Virus record (IMG/VR): IMGVR_UViG_3300027908_000005
Location: 1-64,000 of that record
Origin: a virus
Reading direction: 5' to 3' (one strand)
Length of the DNA stretch: 64,000 nt
Shown: positions 47,701 through 55,493 of the stretch, piece by piece
Position numbering within the stretch: the first letter of the stretch is position 1
Layout: every line of letters begins with the position of its first letter
Program-made: the position numbers and the translations under genes
Notes under the pieces: model-generated
Told to the model about the DNA's origin: nothing
Database searches by the model: none
What the model saw: the letters and a program-made list of their open reading frames with translations, nothing else

Positions 47701-48119
47701 AGGCGTCTTGCGTTGGGCGGAGTCAGTCCGTTCGCCTTCAGCATCGCGGGATCGGTCACGTCACGGGCGGCGGCGACGCGGGGGAGGAGGTTAGGCGCCT
47801 GCATCTGGGGGGCGAGTTGGGAGGCCAGGACGGCGGCGTAGGCGGCGGCGGGAGGTACTCCGCCGGTCGGCGTTATCGGCGGTTGGGGTGCCCCTTCCGA
47901 CGCTACGGAGGGACCGGGCGGGGCGGCTTGATCGGGATAGCGCGCGAAGAGGACGTTTGACACATGCGCCCGGTCCTGTGTGCCGAGTGCTTGATAGTGA
48001 TCGGACTGCTCCAGCCATTTCTGCCCCACGACACGCTTGTCGTGGGGTGCGAGTGCCTGAAACTTCGGCGCACTTTCCAAATCGTCGAGGGTGAGATCGG
48101 ACATATCAGTGCGGGCCAC
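41715..48119 (-). CDS. giant (2134 aa) virion/internal 'polyvalent'-type protein with HExxH motif
   Basis: 6.4-kb uninterrupted ORF. GLHEAAHALD (46019-46033). Three ~50-aa coiled-coil repeats, each carrying a P/T-rich motif (TPTANRP in the first two). Follows the transglycosylase protein as in podovirus ejection-protein clusters. Confidence 0.85.
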   Translation of the reverse strand: MARTDMSDLTLDDLESAPKFQALAPHDKRVVGQKWLEQSDHYQALGTQDRAHVSNVLFARYPDQAAPPGPSVASEGAPQPPITPTGGVPPAAAYAAVLASQLAPQMQAPNLLPRVAAARDVTDPAMLKANGLTPPNARRLTPNATPQTSTTGPKPPTFAPQTETMAAQFGKTHADAPWYQKLTQRLTNVSPDVRDQIVNDPKLALHPVTKAALLKEAWNRAGAGAGQIGPPGAFTTPTPQIKTGATKYTQGQKYDPDAPMKVLGTAAGKVGDVLAYPSAMVKAALYGGNVSFPGMYGGPVPLPGLHDIDVNPKNDTGMGRLDPRDWPAAEALAKSGYWDRVNALKGVNVGEMGKPSRVAARVAAAEKLGSVGKLGNAVADMAAGMTTDPVAWGAPGALAGKFGPLGGRAVSAFFATQQGVQAVQDARAGKGPEALISGIMAALAGVHAVSPHAIPQIAPEHGLSAGDIGALKLAQGRMDTRGPAPRDQSGTTPPPGEVKPPVPVAVGTRPDRSAPSTRHTEAATPPADAQPAVPTVQEPPRPAEVPPVNPQRQQPASAPVRPGDTFTHSDGGKYTVVTADRSGVHATGEGHDRFWTPAQFERETGLGVGTVTPNTAAVETPNKSVAGSNVVQPWALSPAIRAHVEAIMKASGDTEADHAQKYPSLFTRTLPQDYRAEGQEVIDGKPVQLGQKMSGTVGLHEAAHALDASMDNEFLATKKPTAKDVLWNMAERTPGREYDRYFDYPSPEATHSGDLIPKGHFRINSGGDAGELFVRTYSALAQDPHFAEARPDILKIVNDAARIHNFPTVEEARSLQTGKPTAPPPVTVQPPGVQTAGAGEGGGAKPTEAVSVPVVTPETSPAQGGLVSAISQPQASGQGPHAGEAGQNLPGGGEGVRPGVEGTPPPPTSAQAVRQEAPSPGTPPEAQAVKPPQTTGHVANLNLDRLQTGEDVKAQLADTVNGMAADIERARGGRISLAETQKAAKELGLTPTQIQAAVPGAGAAHITALRQLMVDSAERVRDATAKYRAAPNEENQAAFAKATQEHQVILQTLAGHTAEAGRTLSSMRILADAYRGPDVAAQADALFQPKADVREATTPRSRTWGATNKVFTADAAQAARARIKGTAGTLNSLANVPGLLKDVMTIGGFHLEAGARSFADWAKAMKADIGDHVNDADLQHVWANLRAEAVTRIQTKQVSDVFVDQLGHRLGRKGAADFVNAVAPDGDTALLHKLIGGEAMTQEEQRTVSQAYLDAMPGRKGAAASTGGAIKTVDDLVASAREEAATAKRAAQAPVREASVIQKDIDDLTSRIKNGDLSTRTPTANRPRTENLEVLSQQRDTLRAELAQAKARAAQLKQVQTRIDELNQQIKTGQFPTNTPTANRPLPEALEMATRERDALQKQRDTMKREAAKPTPEEAAQKQVQAKIDAANARIEELKQKVQTGDTSTPQRTPGPTSPELQRTQAERDAWQKQLDGMRQAATKAAKPTPTPEQLFDRNLNSRLGKAQADAFRAAVDPEIIKAVANGRDLTPEQKKALGRAYIDAQRPRASAQQQSVASQILTDAVKEAQAENDRVNGNSPEQRAARRVAQRLLVNQYGADADRVAARLATLDPNDHEAMNKLLMEEGRIPASSQLIALWKAGLLSSPRTLDKVLLAHGISLTADDLAKLPSSAMDAILSKVTKNPRTVTGGTPVDIAKAVYQSATQGVREAGMILLKGEEEAQRGTTIAGRAVAPIARIGETRDRLFGDVQTSNKLAQGYINLVTRAHAATYRPARLYAFTRALQQEARLTTMNEGLSGTARVQRVQELLNNPTDEMTTNAIVGAEQAVFLNDNAFTQWLGKTRAVAPNAVGRAGIDFLMPFSKVGSNIASRLVDYAVGGPVEGVRFAGDRLQGKPFDAAAQKRLVETLGRQSVGGALMTIGAIGASRGVITGFANADKSKRPGSVLIGGKWHQISGLAPVGVLPAIGATIVELAQRNKAGEAIAGPAVKAGVKAFEENPVLRATETAGGLTEQNPMKMVGSEVGTIVPQGIADLADQLDKYSRDPKTLRDYVVNRIPLARGTVPARMDWYNRGEPGTDALYDPTGANSGKPLTLPPAEVRQAQAAKAPPKPRKSSAAMSPEERKLQREMTPH
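45332..45517 (-). CDS. overprinted 61-aa lysine-rich ORF inside the giant gene (+1 frame)
   Basis: GTG start 7 nt after GGAGGA and directly after an in-frame TAA. Hand-counted GC3 is 52/61 in this frame versus 25/62 in the giant-gene frame over the same stretch. Confidence 0.55.
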   Translation of the reverse strand: MPYRSLKQAAKVHMLEKQGKISPAVVKEFDLASKGLHLPQRAPKPSAKKHHPQAPHRKRKR

Positions 48120-50478
48120 TCATCGCGGAATCTACGAAGTCGTTCCCCTTCTGCGGATTGCTCCGAGTCGTTCCGCCGCCACTGGGACGCGCGCCACCTC
48201 TCCCCGCCCCCCGTTGCGCCGCTACAGAAAGTGCGACGTTATTGGGCCCATCCTTATAATCCCCCAAGTGCGCCTTATACTGACCATTCTTGAAGGCACT
48301 CCAGGGGGAATAGTCGGGCTTGTTGGGTCCGTTGCGGAAGATGTAATCCGCCGCCGCCTTGATCGCCGCGTCGGGGTTGTACGCCTCATCGTCGGTAATG
48401 TTGACGGGCGGTGCGGCTGTGTTGAACTGCATGATGCCCCGATCATACCCCTTCTGCCCGACCTTCGCCGACGCCTGCCCCGTCCAACCGCCGGATTCGG
48501 CCATCGCCACGGCGGTGAATCGGGGGATCTCGCTTTCGGGTACGCCCGCCTCGCGCGCCTTCGCCGCGATCTGGCTCCCCTTCAGTTGGATACCACCGTT
48601 GTAGTCGATGTTGTGCCCCTCCCAGGACATACGCGACGTGCCGGGCGGTAACTGCGGCGAACCGTAGAAGGACTTCTGGGTATCGAGGATGCGACCGGCT
48701 TCGAGGGAGTTGGCGGCCTTTGACTGTGTCAGGTTTTTGAGAGATTCCGAAAGGCGCGCGACCATCGTTTCGCCGACCTTGTGACCGGGATTGTTGGGAT
48801 CGTTAGCGGTGACAGTGTCATAGAAGGGTTTATCCTTCGGGTCAAGCGTAGTGGGGTCGAATCCCGGTTTTATGAGACGCGAGACGTTCCCGATACTCAT
48901 ATTCGTATTCTTGATCTGAGTATCCATCGCGGCGTTCTCTTTTTGCAGATCCGAGAGCGTCTTCGACATCGTCCCCAACGAGTTCAACGATTCCTGCTTC
49001 GCCTTCTGCCCGAGCGACGCCCACGCCACCTGATCCTGATTGTTCATGTGCCCCTTCATGGCCTCGTGGAGTTGCCGTTCGCTCGTCCCGTTGAGTTCCG
49101 CTAGAGCCTGACGGCGGTTCTCCATCGTCTCCTTGAACTTCTCGTTGGCATCACCAAACGTCTGTAGCCAATTCTTGTAATTGATCTCCGTTTGCATGTT
49201 GGTCGGTTCCAGTCGGATCTTGGCGATCTGATCGGGCATCGTCTGGACCAGCAGGGAGTTCTTCGACTGGGTGTAGTCCTTGTTCGCATTCGAGAGGTTC
49301 GTCAGGGCGATGATATGCGGAATCTGCACCTGCGCCAGATTATGCTTATCGGTCGCCTGCTGCTGTTGCATCGTAAATTTGGGCGCGACTCCACCGGGGG
49401 CCAATCCGGGCGCGGTGCCTCCCGGCGGTACGGCTGCCGTAGCGGTCGGCTGGATACCGGGCTGCAACGTCGCACCCGGCGGCGTCATCCCTTGTCCAAG
49501 TTGCGGCGCAAGCGTCGCCTGCGCCGCCGCGCCCGCACCGGGTATTAGGGCGGCGCCCGCCGTGCCCGGTTGGACGTTGGGTCCGGTCTGAGGCGGGACG
49601 CTCCCCCCCATCTGCCCCGCCTGGTTCTGCATCTGGGCGAACGCCTGCGTCACGGTGGGATGGCCCATCGCCCGATTGATGGCGTCGTTTATGACATCGT
49701 TGGCGTGCCAGCGCCCCCCTTCCGGCGGCTGGCCGGGGGTGATTAACCCCTTCACCCCCGGCGTTACGGCGGCCAATCCAGGCGGCAGGTTCCCGCCTAC
49801 CGCCTGAAACTGTCCGAGGGTGAGTTGCCCGACCGGCGTGTTCATGGCGGGGTTCGCGTTCGGTTGTGCGGCCACGGCGGCGGGTGCGCCCGAGGTGGCG
49901 GTCGGCGCCGTTTGCGCGGCCTGCTGTTCTTGCGTAGCCGAGGGGGGTTGTGATTGGGGCGGTTGCCAAGTTCCGCCTTGCGTCCCTCCGCTCGTATCCT
50001 CGCCGGTGATCGGGCCGACGTGGCTCTCCAGCGCCTCAAGCGTGAGGTTCGCCGGAGGCTTATTGCCGTAGAGTTTGTTCAGGGCGGCCATAGTCGGGCC
50101 GTAGACACGGTTTTGAATGTCATTGCGATCGGCGGCACCGAATCCGAGTCCAGCTAACGCCGTCTCGGTCTTCGCCATGTCGCCGCCGTTGCGAACGTAG
50201 GCGTCCACCATGATCTTCTTGAGTTGCGTCTGTGATCGGAGATCGGCGGCGCTCAGGCGCTCCGCCTGGTTTCCCGCCGCCACTGTTTCCCGCGATCCTG
50301 CATTCGTCTGTGCGACACCCATCCGGGACGCCGCCTGCGTCCCCGCAATGTCCTCCTTACTCCCCTGCGCCGCCTGTGCCGCCTGGACCGCACGGTATTG
50401 CTGCAGTCCGGCGTTGAGACCTTCGAAGAGTCCTTTTATGGGAGATAACCCAATCTCAGAAGAACTTAGATCACTCAT
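48106..50478 (-). CDS. internal virion protein with C-terminal lytic transglycosylase (SLT) domain
   Basis: 790 aa. Q/A/P/G-rich N-terminal half. C-terminal AMAESGGWTGQ ... DRGIMQFN ... YNPDAAIKAAADYI matches the SLT catalytic-Glu pattern. Confidence 0.8.
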   Translation of the reverse strand: MSDLSSSEIGLSPIKGLFEGLNAGLQQYRAVQAAQAAQGSKEDIAGTQAASRMGVAQTNAGSRETVAAGNQAERLSAADLRSQTQLKKIMVDAYVRNGGDMAKTETALAGLGFGAADRNDIQNRVYGPTMAALNKLYGNKPPANLTLEALESHVGPITGEDTSGGTQGGTWQPPQSQPPSATQEQQAAQTAPTATSGAPAAVAAQPNANPAMNTPVGQLTLGQFQAVGGNLPPGLAAVTPGVKGLITPGQPPEGGRWHANDVINDAINRAMGHPTVTQAFAQMQNQAGQMGGSVPPQTGPNVQPGTAGAALIPGAGAAAQATLAPQLGQGMTPPGATLQPGIQPTATAAVPPGGTAPGLAPGGVAPKFTMQQQQATDKHNLAQVQIPHIIALTNLSNANKDYTQSKNSLLVQTMPDQIAKIRLEPTNMQTEINYKNWLQTFGDANEKFKETMENRRQALAELNGTSERQLHEAMKGHMNNQDQVAWASLGQKAKQESLNSLGTMSKTLSDLQKENAAMDTQIKNTNMSIGNVSRLIKPGFDPTTLDPKDKPFYDTVTANDPNNPGHKVGETMVARLSESLKNLTQSKAANSLEAGRILDTQKSFYGSPQLPPGTSRMSWEGHNIDYNGGIQLKGSQIAAKAREAGVPESEIPRFTAVAMAESGGWTGQASAKVGQKGYDRGIMQFNTAAPPVNITDDEAYNPDAAIKAAADYIFRNGPNKPDYSPWSAFKNGQYKAHLGDYKDGPNNVALSVAAQRGAGRGGARPSGGGTTRSNPQKGNDFVDSAMSGPH

Positions 50479-50494
50479 GGTTCACGCCTCCCCG

Positions 50495-51490
50495 CTAATA
50501 TGAATCAGAGATCGGCAGGATCGAGTTCAGAATGTCCTGGTCCTGTGCCGTCAGTCCGCCGCCGCCCCCCGCCGAATCAGCGGGCGGCCCAAATACCCCC
50601 GAGTAGCCCGCCGGGAGAGCCGCGTTGTTCGTCGCGCCCGTGTAACCGGTCGGTGACGCAAAGGCGCTCGTGACGGCACTCGCCAGATTCGGACCCAGAA
50701 GATTACCGAGGTAACCCAACACGCTCCCGAGGGGGTTCGTCGCCGCATCCTGTAGCGCGATCTGCGCCTGCTGCCCGCTCCCCGACAGGGCCGTATTGGC
50801 GACGTTGTTGTAGAGTCCCCCCGCCGATAGGGTCCCCCCGGCCCCGGCCTCCTCCTGCTGCGCCCCCTGCTGCATCTCCCCCGCCGACAAGTTCAAGAGA
50901 TTACCGAGGTCCTGAACCCGTTGCTGTTGTACGGCCATTTGCGCTCCGGCTTGAGTCTGGTTGACTAATCCGGCAAAATGTTGGTCTATCGCCGCACTTC
51001 CTTCTGCGGCTAACTGCGGATTCACCTGTCCCAACGACGAGAGGTGCCCCTGATAGGCGCTGATGGCGTTCTGTTTGGCCGCGTTGAGGGCGTCCACCTG
51101 GCTATTGACGTAAGTCTGCTGATTGGGATTGAGGCTATAGGGGTTAGCCGGATTCTGCTGCGGCTGTCCCGCCGGCTGTCCGGTCAGTCCGGTCCCCGGC
51201 GTGGCCGTCGCGCCGCCGCCGGGTCGGGCCACACTGACGCCGCCTGCGTTGGAGTTGCCGTTGCTGTTGAGGGAGACGTTGCCGAGCCCGGCGGCGTTGC
51301 CGAATTGGCCGAGATAGTTGTTCAGGAGGTTATTCCATTGCGTGTATTGTTGTTGCCCCTGACCGTAGAGGCCGCCATACATCCCCGCGCCCGTAGAGGC
51401 TTGCCCTCCGGCGAGGTTCTGGTTGAGGACGGATTCCTGCAGTTCCGTATTGGCGTTGGTACCCGCGCCGCTGGCAAAGCCTGGTGGCAT
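50495..51490 (-). CDS. G/Q/N-rich low-complexity virion protein
   Basis: 331 aa from ATG 51490, with AAAGGA upstream. Composition resembles podovirus internal/ejection proteins. Confidence 0.6.
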   Translation of the reverse strand: MPPGFASGAGTNANTELQESVLNQNLAGGQASTGAGMYGGLYGQGQQQYTQWNNLLNNYLGQFGNAAGLGNVSLNSNGNSNAGGVSVARPGGGATATPGTGLTGQPAGQPQQNPANPYSLNPNQQTYVNSQVDALNAAKQNAISAYQGHLSSLGQVNPQLAAEGSAAIDQHFAGLVNQTQAGAQMAVQQQRVQDLGNLLNLSAGEMQQGAQQEEAGAGGTLSAGGLYNNVANTALSGSGQQAQIALQDAATNPLGSVLGYLGNLLGPNLASAVTSAFASPTGYTGATNNAALPAGYSGVFGPPADSAGGGGGLTAQDQDILNSILPISDSY

Positions 51491-51593
51491 TGAATCACAT
51501 CCTTTCTTTTTGAGGTATAATGTATGAGAAAGTGCCCGCGATGTTATCAGCATCCGGGCACACGTTCAACACCTTCTCGCGAAAGGCATTGAC

Positions 51594-52358
51594 ATGTTCA
51601 GTGTACCCGTAACCAGACCGTGCCGCAAGTGTAAGCAATCGCTTCCCCTAACATCCTTCTCGAAGGATCGCACGCGAAAAGATGGTTTAGGCGCAATCTG
51701 CAAGACTTGTATGCGCGAATACCATCAATCTACCGGACAATCTCGCAAGGTAGCATTGCAAGTAGAAAAGGTCTGTATCTACTGCAAAAAAACCTTCATA
51801 GCCTCTGGGAAAGCCGTTAAATACTGCTCTCACAGTTGCTGTAACAAAGCCCGTTCCACCGACTTAGCATCTCGCTTCTGGCCGAAGGTTCAGAAGTCCG
51901 ACGATCCTGATGCCTGTTGGCTCTGGACCGGTGCCCAAAGTACAAACCGATATGGCGGCTACGGTTGCATCGGACTCGGCACTATCCCCAATGTAATCGA
52001 ACGCGCTCACCGCGTCTCGTGGACTCTTCATCACGGTAAAATTCCTGACGATTTGCAGGTTCTTCACAAGTGCGATACGCCCCTATGCGTGAATCCGGAT
52101 CATCTCTTCCTCGGAACCAACGCCGACAACGTAGCCGACAAGGTTTCCAAGAACCGACAATCAAAGGATACGACACCGCACGGCGAAGACTGTCCCTGGA
52201 CGAAACTCACGCTTGAGCAAGTTCGGCAGATTCGCGCCGAATATGTCCCTTACTCAAAGTACGCGAATGCGCGAGTTTTGGGTGAACGCTACGGCGTCGA
52301 ACATTCTCAAATTCTTCGCATCGTCCACGGTATACGATGGAAAGATGACTTGAAGTAA
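51594..52358 (+). CDS. HNH homing endonuclease
   Basis: 254 aa. N-terminal CxxC zinc fingers. RVSWTLHHGKIPDDLQVLHKCDTPLCVNPDHLFLGTNADN is a classic HNH_3 pattern. Opposite strand to the virion operon. Confidence 0.8.
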   Translation: MFSVPVTRPCRKCKQSLPLTSFSKDRTRKDGLGAICKTCMREYHQSTGQSRKVALQVEKVCIYCKKTFIASGKAVKYCSHSCCNKARSTDLASRFWPKVQKSDDPDACWLWTGAQSTNRYGGYGCIGLGTIPNVIERAHRVSWTLHHGKIPDDLQVLHKCDTPLCVNPDHLFLGTNADNVADKVSKNRQSKDTTPHGEDCPWTKLTLEQVRQIRAEYVPYSKYANARVLGERYGVEHSQILRIVHGIRWKDDLK

Positions 52359-52365
52359 GCCGCGT

Positions 52366-52590
52366 TTATTTCTTCCCTCTGCCTTTGCCCTTCGCGAGTT
52401 TGGCGCGGGCTTTGGCCTTGATGCGGGCGGCTTCGGCCCCGGAGATATTCCCGGCGCGGGCCGCACGAGTCGCGCCGCCGATGGCGAGACGTTGGTGTTC
52501 CGGGTCGTTAAGTGGAAACCCCTTCTTCTTCGGTTGCGCGAACTCGGAGGGCTTCATCTTCTTGCGGGTCACCGCGTCCAACTTCGCCAT
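52366..52590 (-). CDS. 74-aa basic K/A-rich protein
   Basis: ATG 52590 is preceded by GGAGGGGAAG. Product MAKLDAVTRKKMKPSEFAQPKKKGFPLNDPEHQRLAIGG ... KGKGRGKK. Confidence 0.55.
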   Translation of the reverse strand: MAKLDAVTRKKMKPSEFAQPKKKGFPLNDPEHQRLAIGGATRAARAGNISGAEAARIKAKARAKLAKGKGRGKK

Positions 52591-52592
52591 CG

Positions 52593-52976
52593 TCAGTACT
52601 TCCCCTCCACCATGAACAGATCCCCCGCAACGGACTTGTAATACCACAGGTTATTGAGAGGACCCGACAGCACAATCGTCTGTCCGCTCCCGCTGACGAG
52701 TTTCCCCTGCGCCGTGGTGGTGGGCGTCACGGCCTGGTTCAGGAGATACCAGAAGGAACTCCCGTCCGCCCCCGCCGTCCCCGTGCCCTCCGTCCGCATA
52801 TCCAGCGTCTGCAGGAACATGCCGGGGTCGAGGCCGGGCCAGGGAACCTTGCCCGCCGCCTTCAAGAGAGCCAGCGTCGTGTAGCTGGTGCCGTCGGAGG
52901 CGAGGACGAGCCACTCGGAGTTGGCGTTACTCTCCTTCGTGAAGACCGTATTGGGCGCGTGGGGGAAGATTAAGAT
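52593..52976 (-). CDS. hypothetical virion-module protein, non-canonical start
   Basis: The track starts at TTG 52865, but 37 further upstream codons are protein-like with GC3 33/37. GAGAGAGGAGAG lies 8 nt before an in-frame ATC at 52976. No ATG/GTG/TTG is available. Confidence 0.45.
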   Translation of the reverse strand: MLIFPHAPNTVFTKESNANSEWLVLASDGTSYTTLALLKAAGKVPWPGLDPGMFLQTLDMRTEGTGTAGADGSSFWYLLNQAVTPTTTAQGKLVSGSGQTIVLSGPLNNLWYYKSVAGDLFMVEGKY

Positions 52977-52996
52977 GGCTCTAACTCTCCTCTCTC

Positions 52997-55162
52997 TCAG
53001 AACGGAAGCGAGGTCCGGACGATTTGCGCGCCGCCGCCGCCGCCCGAAGAAGAGGGCATCAGCGTGGAATTGTTGGTGACGGCGGTCGCCCCGAATGCCG
53101 CCAACGGGAGCGGTGTCGGATTGCTGCTATCGGTGACGTTCCCCGGCGCGTAGGCCACCGTTAGCACGTCGGTCGAAAGGATGGGGTTCGCCATCGTCAG
53201 AATAACAGTGTTCCCGCTTGCGGTTGCGGAGGCGATGCTGCGAGTCACCCCGCCTGCCTTCACGGTGAAGCCGGTTACGCCCGTCGCCGGGAGGATCGGA
53301 GGCGCACCCGTTGTAAAGCTAAGGGTGATGGTCGCGCAGTTCGCTCCCGTAACGGCGCTCGCCAGAAGGGGCGCTACCGTATTGAGTGTTGAATCGAGAC
53401 GCGTAATCAGCTTCGGGACGCCGAACGTCGTGTTCGGGTGCAGTCCGTCCACGGTGTCCGGATCGGGGTCACTCCAGACGGAGGAGCCGCCGACGTTGGT
53501 CATGATCCAGGGCGATGTCGTGGTATCCACCAGAATGATCTGCGCCTGCTGCCCCGACGTGAGGGCGGCACAGGCGGCGACAATCGCCGCGTTCCAGGTT
53601 GCAAGGATCGTCGGAGTCGTGGAGGCGTAGGTTGTCGGCAGGATGTAGAGCACATAGAACGTCGTTGACGGGAGGCCCGTCGTCAACGCATTCATCATGT
53701 TATAAAAGGAGGTCTGGAAGGTCGCAACGGTCTCCGTCCCGTTCCGCTGCCCCATATCGTTGGTGCCGTACTCGATGACGACGATGTTCGGCGCCGGATT
53801 CATTCCAGTCAGTTGGGCCGTTCGATACTCACCGGATTGGGTGTAGTAGGCGGGGATACCGGAACCGAAGTTGTGAACGGTGGAACCGCCATAACCCCGG
53901 TTGAAGTGCCGCCAACCCTTCTTCACAACCGCAACCTGATAGGCGAATGATGTCGTGGAGTCCGATGCGCCATCGCTGTAACCCGCCGTGATGCTATCGC
54001 CGTACCAGGCGATGACCTTCGGATAGGCCGGGGGAGCCGAAGTCAGGTTGATCCCCGTCCCGCCCGACGTGAATAACTGGAACAGAGGAAGACCGCCGGT
54101 CGTGAAAGCCCCGGTGAGGATATAGGTATGCTGCGCCGTTGAGTCAAGCCCCGTCGCCATGACATACGGACCCCATCCCGTTGAGGGAAGTGTCACAGTC
54201 GCCTGATCCACGCCATCAATGTTCAGCTTGACCTTCTGACCGACGTAATCCCCAAAAAGCCCCAGGGTTCCGATCGTCGCACGGAAGACAAGCGAGGCAT
54301 CGCAACCCGGAGAGGCTGCGCCGCTGTTGCCGTTGACGTACAGATAGTAAATACTTCCTGTAACGTTGGTTAAGGACCAGTCGGAGTTCTGATTGAGGAT
54401 ATAGGTTGAATTGCTATCAAGACGTACAGGAGTCCCGTAATTGGTAGGAACGGCCAGTGACGGTGAGGCCCCGTAGACGATTAGAGAGTTCGTCGTATCA
54501 ATGTTGAGTGTGCCGTTCAACGTCTGAACGACGATCGTGTGAGTCGCATCGGTCAAGCCGGAAGCGAGTACGAGGTTATTATTCCATGCATTGATTCCGG
54601 CTGCAGTCAGAGTCGAGTAGGAGCCGCCGTCAATGGACACCTGAACCGGGGAAACGTTGGTCGGGTAATAGTTACCGAGCAGACAGTCGGTTCCAGTAAA
54701 AGTGGTCGTGAATGTATCTTTGTATGTCGCGCTCGTCCCGTAGTAGGTGTGACCGCCGTTTGTTGTGGTATTGACAAAATCCGGTCCCAACTTGATGATG
54801 TTGGCGTTGGTCATCGGATAGGTTGTTTTCGTCTGCGCCGTCGTATTGGTAACGGACGTATTGGAGAATGTCGCCATCGTGTTGGGCGTGCCGGTCGAAT
54901 CTACCAGGTTGCCGGTCACGGAGGAGTAAGATACGAGGACAGCCTGCCCAGATGTAACCGCTGTTGTGAGAGTGAGCGTCACGAGATTGAACGCAGAAGT
55001 CGCCGCCGTAATGACATCGGGGAGGCCCGCTACAGTGACGCTGAAGCCGGTAATCGCAGAAGTTGGGGAAAGAGGAGACGTGCCGATTCCACCGATAGCG
55101 AGAACGATTTGATTCCCGTTCGTGGTGGTATAGGCGTTCTGGACTACCAGACTTGCTGCCAT
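52997..55162 (-). CDS. tailspike/fibre protein with SGNH (GDSL) esterase domain and Ig-like repeats
   Basis: 721 aa. SGNH blocks: YGDSITAGY, RGYGGST, YGTNDMG, DGLHPN. Flanking GF(S/T)VxxxG ... LT(L/M) Ig-like repeats. Confidence 0.8.
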   Translation of the reverse strand: MAASLVVQNAYTTTNGNQIVLAIGGIGTSPLSPTSAITGFSVTVAGLPDVITAATSAFNLVTLTLTTAVTSGQAVLVSYSSVTGNLVDSTGTPNTMATFSNTSVTNTTAQTKTTYPMTNANIIKLGPDFVNTTTNGGHTYYGTSATYKDTFTTTFTGTDCLLGNYYPTNVSPVQVSIDGGSYSTLTAAGINAWNNNLVLASGLTDATHTIVVQTLNGTLNIDTTNSLIVYGASPSLAVPTNYGTPVRLDSNSTYILNQNSDWSLTNVTGSIYYLYVNGNSGAASPGCDASLVFRATIGTLGLFGDYVGQKVKLNIDGVDQATVTLPSTGWGPYVMATGLDSTAQHTYILTGAFTTGGLPLFQLFTSGGTGINLTSAPPAYPKVIAWYGDSITAGYSDGASDSTTSFAYQVAVVKKGWRHFNRGYGGSTVHNFGSGIPAYYTQSGEYRTAQLTGMNPAPNIVVIEYGTNDMGQRNGTETVATFQTSFYNMMNALTTGLPSTTFYVLYILPTTYASTTPTILATWNAAIVAACAALTSGQQAQIILVDTTTSPWIMTNVGGSSVWSDPDPDTVDGLHPNTTFGVPKLITRLDSTLNTVAPLLASAVTGANCATITLSFTTGAPPILPATGVTGFTVKAGGVTRSIASATASGNTVILTMANPILSTDVLTVAYAPGNVTDSSNPTPLPLAAFGATAVTNNSTLMPSSSGGGGGAQIVRTSLPF

Positions 55163-55205
55163 TTAGGGTAGACTCTCTCCATCTCTCTCGAAAGGTTCAC
55201 AGGCC

Positions 55206-55487
55206 ATGCCCGAAGACACATCGCACTACACCGCCGAAAGTTTCGGCAACGCGGTGGAACAGGAAAACGAGTATTCCCGACTCGCCGCCGATACTGACGC
55301 CATCCACGTCGCAACCGAAACGTTGGACAAACTACAACGCCGTTCAGAAAAACTCGAAACCGAACTACACATCGGCAAGACATTGACCGACGAAGAGTAC
55401 GATCGCCTTCGTAACGGCACACATCTTAACGCTACCGGAAGTACTAGAATCTCCCAATGGTTGCTGGAACGCTTCGTAAAGGACTGA
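55206..55487 (+). CDS. hypothetical protein (antisense to tail operon)
   Basis: Track ORF, 93 aa with normal composition. Lies between two minus-strand tail genes. Confidence 0.45.
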   Translation: MPEDTSHYTAESFGNAVEQENEYSRLAADTDAIHVATETLDKLQRRSEKLETELHIGKTLTDEEYDRLRNGTHLNATGSTRISQWLLERFVKD

Positions 55488-55493
55488 ACCATC

